From positions 1 to 28,765 of the forward strand of contig CAYZRF010000020.1 in the NCBI GenBank assembly GCA_964480775.1: a stretch of DNA of 28,765 bases. Direction: 5' to 3'. Each line of letters begins with the position of its first letter. Position 1 is the first letter of the stretch. A model generated the notes under the pieces. That model ran no database searches. It was not told the DNA's origin and saw only the letters and a list, made by a program, of their open reading frames with translations. Position numbers and translations under genes: made by a program. Source of the DNA: an uncultured Nitrososphaerota archaeon (GTDB lineage Archaea > Korarchaeota > Korarchaeia > Korarchaeales > Korarchaeaceae). Positions 24,380 through 28,765 of the stretch are shown one piece after another.

Positions 24380-24877
24380 ATGGAAGAAACCAGCAAAAAC
24401 GAGCATTTGATGGTCAGAAAGATAGAAGCTGGAACGGTCATAGATCATATTCCAGCTGGAAGAGCTCTAGATGTCCTAAGAATTCTTGGCATAACAGGGA
24501 GGGAGGGTTACACCGTAGCAGTTGTCATGAACGTGCCGAGCAAGAAGTTAGGAAAGAAGGACATGGTGAAGATTGAATGGGTTGAACTTAGCCAAGAGCA
24601 GGTAGACAGGATAGCCATAGTTGCTCCTTCAGCGACGATAAACCTGATTAGAGGATGGAAGGTCGTTGAGAAAAGGCGTGTTGAGTTGGAAGATAGATTA
24701 GTAAGCATATTAAGGTGTCCGAACCCAAATTGCATCACAAACTCTGCAGGTGAGCCCATCAAAACTTCATTTACTGTAAGAAAAAAGGTCCCGCTAATAA
24801 TTACTTGCGACTACTGTGGGTATTCCATGGGAAGGGAAGAAGCGATATCCCATCTCAAAGGGGCATTAAAACGATAG
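24380..24877 (+). CDS. pyrI: Aspartate carbamoyltransferase regulatory chain
   Basis: The product has KIEAGTVIDHIPAGRALDVLRILGI and the four-Cys zinc domain (CPNPNC ... CDYC). ATG 24380 lies 5 nt after GGTGA (24370-24374), which contains the pyrG stop. The alternative starts GTG 24371 and ATG 24374 cannot be excluded. Confidence 0.9.
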   Translation: MEETSKNEHLMVRKIEAGTVIDHIPAGRALDVLRILGITGREGYTVAVVMNVPSKKLGKKDMVKIEWVELSQEQVDRIAIVAPSATINLIRGWKVVEKRRVELEDRLVSILRCPNPNCITNSAGEPIKTSFTVRKKVPLIITCDYCGYSMGREEAISHLKGALKR

Positions 24878-25028
24878 CTTCGCCTTGTATGACGTTTAAA
24901 CAGGTGCTAGATGAAATAATCCCTAACATTAGCACACGTAAAGGACTTAACAAGTCAACTAGTCTAATTTGTTATCGGAATTGGTATTATCGAGTTTATT
25001 TTTAGAGGCGTAGCGCACTTTACAGAAG

Positions 25029-26180
25029 ATGATACCGTTAAGGATACTAAAAACAGCATTCAAGCTAGCGTTGAGAAACTTCGGAAGAAGGAGGTTCAGG
25101 ACAGTTCTAACTCTCATTGGGGTTGCCGTGGGAATAAGCACAATTGTTGCACTTGTTTCAGTTGCCTATGGTGCTAAGGAACAGGCAGTTAGCTTCCTTA
25201 GCGAAGCAACTGACTTTATGATAACCCCAAAGGCAGCTGGTGAGATGGCAGCGGAGATACCTGAGAGAATGGTAAAGCAGATCAGGCTCTATGCAGAGGT
25301 AGAAGCGGCAGGACCCGTTTTATCCCAGATGGTTTTCATAAACGGAGAGTTTGGGTGGGCTCTAGGGGTTACTCCAGACACTTACGAGATAATAACAATA
25401 CCAATAAAAGAAGGAGAGGTATTTGAACAGGGAGAAAGAGGAAAGGTAATCGTTGGGAGTAACCTAGCAGATCAGCTCAACTTGAAAGTTGGGGATAGCG
25501 TGAAGATAAGTCCTTCCTCTGATGAGCCAGGAAAGTTGTTCGTAGTATCTGGAATACTGCAGCCAACGGGCAGCGTAGTTGACATGGGATGCTACATGGA
25601 TCTCGAGGAATTGCAAGAAATAGTTCATAAGAGGGGAAGGATTTCAATGATCATGGTCAAGCTAAGGGATCCAAGGTTAGGAGAATCCTTCAAAGAAAAG
25701 GTAGAGAAGAGATATGAAGACCTAGATGTAGTTGAGCCCGAACAGATCTCGGAGAACATAGGAAAAGTTCTGGACATGCTCAACAGCGTCCTCCTGTCGA
25801 TAGGATCCATTTCACTCTTGATAGGGGGTCTTGGCATCATGAACACCACGATGGTCTCTGTGTTAGAGAGGATAAGGGAGATTGGCATCATGAAGGCCAT
25901 CGGGGCAAAGAGATCCCACGTGCTAACGATATTTCTCACGGAGGCTATGATTACGAGCTTCGTTGGAGGAATCCTTGGGGCTATAGGAGGCGTCCTTCTA
26001 GCAAAGCTTGCGAGCGAAGTAATTCCAAGGATGATCGGCTTTCCAACACCGTACAAAATATTTCCAGCCCTTATATTTGGCCCAATAGCCTTGTCCGTCG
26101 TTTTGGGGCTGATCGCTGGCTTCTATCCTTCTTGGAAGGGAGCCAATGTCAGGCCCATAGAGGCGATAAGATATGAGTGA
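25029..26180 (+). CDS. MacB/FtsX-type (type VII) ABC transporter permease
   Basis: The 383-aa product starts with a basic N-terminus and transmembrane helix 1 (RTVLTLIGVAVGISTIVALVSV). An extracytoplasmic domain of about 210 aa follows (MacB periplasmic-core-like: KVIVGSNLADQLNLKVGDSV). The C-terminus is an FtsX-type three-helix bundle (GGLGIMNTMMVSVLERIREIGIMKAIGA). Confidence 0.85.
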   Translation: MIPLRILKTAFKLALRNFGRRRFRTVLTLIGVAVGISTIVALVSVAYGAKEQAVSFLSEATDFMITPKAAGEMAAEIPERMVKQIRLYAEVEAAGPVLSQMVFINGEFGWALGVTPDTYEIITIPIKEGEVFEQGERGKVIVGSNLADQLNLKVGDSVKISPSSDEPGKLFVVSGILQPTGSVVDMGCYMDLEELQEIVHKRGRISMIMVKLRDPRLGESFKEKVEKRYEDLDVVEPEQISENIGKVLDMLNSVLLSIGSISLLIGGLGIMNTTMVSVLERIREIGIMKAIGAKRSHVLTIFLTEAMITSFVGGILGAIGGVLLAKLASEVIPRMIGFPTPYKIFPALIFGPIALSVVLGLIAGFYPSWKGANVRPIEAIRYE

Positions 26181-27066
26181 TGTCAGAGCAGTTGTAGAAC
26201 TTAGAAACGTTAGTAAGGTCTATACCTTGGGTTCAACGGAGGTTAGAGCCTTAGATCATGTTTCCTTCAAAGTCATGCCTGGAGAGTTCATATCAATAGT
26301 AGGACCCTCTGGCTCTGGAAAATCCACGCTTTTAAGCGTAATAGGCTGCTTAGCTAAGCCCACGAGTGGTAGAGTTCTCATAGATGGTGTAGATGTGACA
26401 GAACTTGGTGAAGCAGAGCTATCTGATATAAGGTGTCATAAAATAGGCTTCATCTTCCAGTTCTTCAACTTAATCCCAACTCTGACGGCCCTGGAGAACG
26501 TTGAACTTCCGATGATATTTGCTGGAAAGCTATCTGAATGGGAAATGAGGGACAAGGCTTTAGAACTTTTGGATCTTGTAGGTCTTGTTGATAGGGCCAA
26601 CCACAGGCCTTCCGAACTATCTGGTGGGCAGCAACAAAGGGTAGCCATTGCAAGGGCTTTGGCAAATGACCCATCTCTTGTCTTGGCAGACGAGCCAACG
26701 GGCAATCTTGATTCAAAAACGGGTTCAGAGGTAATCTCGTTAATGGAGAAGTTGAACAGAGAGACGGGAAAGACGTTTATAATAGTTACACACGATTCAA
26801 GCGTTGCAAAAAGAACAAGAAAGATACTCTACATGGTTGACGGCAGACTTTACGAAAATCCAAGGGAGATACCAACCTTTGGTGAACTTGAAAAAGTCGA
26901 AGATAGAGCAAAACTGTTGTTAGATCTCGAAGAAGAAGTTGAAGAACTTGAGTCTCAGATACAAAAGCTCAAGAGTAGCAGGATCAAAGTGAAGGAGTTT
27001 AGAGACGCTGTGTTGAGAGTAAGAATGGGAGTCAGAAGAGTGAAAAGGAGGCTAGAGGAACTATGA
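26173..27066 (+). CDS. MacB/LolD-type ABC ATPase with a C-terminal coiled-coil tail of about 70 aa
   Basis: The product has Walker A GPSGSGKST, Q-loop FQFFNL, signature LSGGQQQRVAIARAL, Walker B LVLADEPTGNLD and H-loop VTHD. It overlaps the permease stop by 8 nt. Residues 228-297 are charged heptad-like helix. Confidence 0.9.
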   Translation: MSDVRAVVELRNVSKVYTLGSTEVRALDHVSFKVMPGEFISIVGPSGSGKSTLLSVIGCLAKPTSGRVLIDGVDVTELGEAELSDIRCHKIGFIFQFFNLIPTLTALENVELPMIFAGKLSEWEMRDKALELLDLVGLVDRANHRPSELSGGQQQRVAIARALANDPSLVLADEPTGNLDSKTGSEVISLMEKLNRETGKTFIIVTHDSSVAKRTRKILYMVDGRLYENPREIPTFGELEKVEDRAKLLLDLEEEVEELESQIQKLKSSRIKVKEFRDAVLRVRMGVRRVKRRLEEL

Positions 27067-28765
27067 GAGGAAGAAAATTTGCAGTTCTGACGATAATGAT
27101 GCTCTTACTTTTACTAGAAGTAGTTCCAATGAATGCAGAACCTGATAACACGGAAATCAAGTTTTCAAAGCTAGAAAGCGTTTTCTACAGGATCTTACCA
27201 GATGGAACCATGTCCGACGGAGAAGCCGAAGTTACAATCAGGGTTGAAAATCCAAGCGATGAGGAGAAGGCAATAACGATTGTAGACAGGGTCTCCCAAG
27301 CCCATCTTGAGAGCTTCAGCGTTCTATCGGGTTCTCCAGAACCATCTTCGAAGGACGTGTTTTTCGACCACCTAGTTTGCGTATGGCAAGACCTAGTGCT
27401 GCCTCCTTCATCGGACATTGAAGTCAGATACTCTATTTCAACGTTTAAGACCCCCCCGATATCTGTTAATATCAGTTATTACTTGAACGGGGAAGAAATA
27501 AAGCCAATTGAGATTGAAGGAGACTACTACATAATGATAAGCTCTGGAGATGTCCTTACAGTTAACTTAACGATCGAAAACCTTCGGGAATTTATGTACG
27601 TGGATGGTGAAACGATGAAACCACCTCTTCCTTATTCCATAGAGATGAGAATACCAAAAGACAACTTCTTAGAACCGGAAAGCGATCCTGAACCATATAT
27701 GATGTATTCTCTCTCAGAAGACTGGTCCATCACTTGGATAGGAATGTTAGAGGAAGATCCTCTTCACATCTCGTTGTCTGCAAAGGCTAGAAATACTGAC
27801 TACATAGGAGAAGTCGAGCTGAAAGCCGTGCGGATACAACTTCAGCTTGATGCCTCTTCAGTAGCTGATCAGCTTGAAGAAATCTTGGAGTCATATAACA
27901 CCTCATTGAATGAGCTCCAGAGCATGAAGGAATCTCTCTCAAACATGCACAAATTGATGTCTGAGTTCTCAGAAGGAATCTCGGGCTCAAGCGAGAGCCT
28001 GGAAGAGGCTCAGTTTCAGCTCATGGAGCTATCCAAAGCACTTAGAAATGCTTCTCGTTCCATAGAAGTTGCTAAAGCCCCACTAAGTAATGTGATTTCA
28101 GTTTTGAGTTCCTTAGAATCCAATTTATCTAGAATCATGGGAATCTTGGAGGAAATCCAAAGAAACCTAGACCAAACCTCAAACCTGTCCATTCCAAACC
28201 TTACGATACCAGTTCCACCGATCGACATCGGCTTAGAGGAGAAATTAACAGATGTATTAAATAGGTTAAGATCGACAAAGTCCAGTCTTTATGCAGCAGA
28301 AAAGGCATTTGAAACCATGCAGATATCGTTTACTGAAGCTGCCGATTATGCCTATAACTCATCTGTGACGCTGGGCGAACTAAAGCATTCATTGACGTCT
28401 GTAGGGGCCATAACGAATGCTTCAATAAGGTTAATAGAAGCCTCTATCGATGATTTAGACTCCAGAATATCTGATATAAATTCTGAGATGGAAGACCTCT
28501 CAAGAAAAGTTCAACTCACGAGGTTTCAGGAGCCTTTCCTTGGAGAAATTGAGATAAGGACGGAACACTCCGACTGCACCAATTTGGAGTTGAGCGCAGA
28601 AGTATCTAAGGTTTCTGATGGAAAGTGGGCCATAGCCTCCATAATCTTAAAAGGAGCTTCGATAAACGCGTCAGAAGTAGCCCTTCAGATACTATGCGAA
28701 TACGGAGGGGTAGCAAAGACTCCTCCAGCAGAAGCATTAGGAACTCAGATCTACAGGAATGATGA
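27063..28765 (+). CDS. Exported coiled-coil protein, probably N-glycosylated (3' end lies outside the window)
   Basis: My own translation from ATG 27063 (ATGA overlap with the ATPase stop) stays open for 567 codons to the window edge. The N-terminus MRGRKFAVLTIMMLLLLLEVVPMNAE is signal-peptide-like. Residues 27-250 or so look beta-rich. Residues 255-485 or so are Ser/Leu/Glu-rich helical heptads. I count at least 10 N-x-S/T sequons. The ORF is absent from the supplied track because it has no stop in the window. Confidence 0.75.
   Translation, partial: MRGRKFAVLTIMMLLLLLEVVPMNAEPDNTEIKFSKLESVFYRILPDGTMSDGEAEVTIRVENPSDEEKAITIVDRVSQAHLESFSVLSGSPEPSSKDVFFDHLVCVWQDLVLPPSSDIEVRYSISTFKTPPISVNISYYLNGEEIKPIEIEGDYYIMISSGDVLTVNLTIENLREFMYVDGETMKPPLPYSIEMRIPKDNFLEPESDPEPYMMYSLSEDWSITWIGMLEEDPLHISLSAKARNTDYIGEVELKAVRIQLQLDASSVADQLEEILESYNTSLNELQSMKESLSNMHKLMSEFSEGISGSSESLEEAQFQLMELSKALRNASRSIEVAKAPLSNVISVLSSLESNLSRIMGILEEIQRNLDQTSNLSIPNLTIPVPPIDIGLEEKLTDVLNRLRSTKSSLYAAEKAFETMQISFTEAADYAYNSSVTLGELKHSLTSVGAITNASIRLIEASIDDLDSRISDINSEMEDLSRKVQLTRFQEPFLGEIEIRTEHSDCTNLELSAEVSKVSDGKWAIASIILKGASINASEVALQILCEYGGVAKTPPAEALGTQIYRND

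Noticed and set aside
24349-24576. A 75-aa ORF spans the pyrG/pyrI junction in a third frame.
   Set aside because: It overlaps the well-supported pyrI frame (the GTVIDHIPAG motif), and its product is Arg/Ser/Gly-rich without features.
24904-24935. A GTGCTA/TAGCAC 6-bp stem with a 20-nt loop lies after pyrI and could be a terminator or a small RNA.
   Set aside because: The stem is short with a large loop, there is no adjacent T-tract, and the structure alone gives no other support.
1-28765. I looked for CRISPR repeats, tRNA or rRNA genes, IS elements, integrases, and defence or toxin-antitoxin genes.
   Set aside because: I saw no regularly spaced repeats, no tRNA-like GC-rich cloverleaf segment (no GGTTCRAATCC T-loop), and no transposase, integrase, nuclease or helicase-type ORFs. 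The window reads as housekeeping metabolism and transport.

Overview
This window looks like a densely packed archaeal chromosomal segment. The assignment rests on BRE/TATA-type promoters, many near-leaderless first genes, GGAGG/GGTGA Shine-Dalgarno sites on internal operon genes, AGG/AGA/ATA-rich codon usage, and tungsten aldehyde:ferredoxin oxidoreductase (AOR), PfpI and PncA proteins that resemble Thermococcales proteins as I recall them. The taxonomic assignment is inference. I support about 31 protein-coding genes.

In order, they are:
- the 3' end of a [NiFe]-hydrogenase large subunit, then pncA
- a tungsten AOR plus its radical-SAM/SPASM partner
- pfpI plus a stand-alone Lrp/AsnC ligand-binding (RAM) domain protein
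- a DUF47/PhoU-like gene convergent with a PiT phosphate transporter
- an ICMT-like methyltransferase
- a BMP-family ABC importer operon (binding protein, ATPase, two permeases)
- cbiMNQO-type Ni/Co energy-coupling-factor (ECF) transporter
- a divergent cation:proton antiporter
- a K+-independent-type membrane pyrophosphatase
- a saccharopine-dehydrogenase-family gene and a nitroreductase
- hps-rpiB, then OsmC
- pyrG-pyrI
- a MacB/FtsX-type ABC pair translationally coupled to a large exported coiled-coil protein that runs off the window

I see no rRNA, tRNA, CRISPR array, transposase or integrase. This looks like core metabolism and transport, not a defence island. The best candidate for an undescribed system is the last three-gene module (25029 to the window end). 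It is a type VII ABC fold, an ATPase with a coiled-coil tail, and an exported, sequon-rich coiled-coil protein, which recalls bacterial FtsEX-EnvC/PcsB mechanotransmission. Smaller oddities are listed as findings:
- a hairpin that sequesters the Shine-Dalgarno site of the BMP operon
- a possible AUA start on the DUF47 gene
- operator-like repeats over the cbiM and pyrG promoters
- eroded nucleotide-binding sites in the BMP-operon ATPase
- an hps-rpiB coupling
- pyrI coupled to pyrG instead of pyrB

All functional calls come from reading motifs in the supplied translations. No database search was run.
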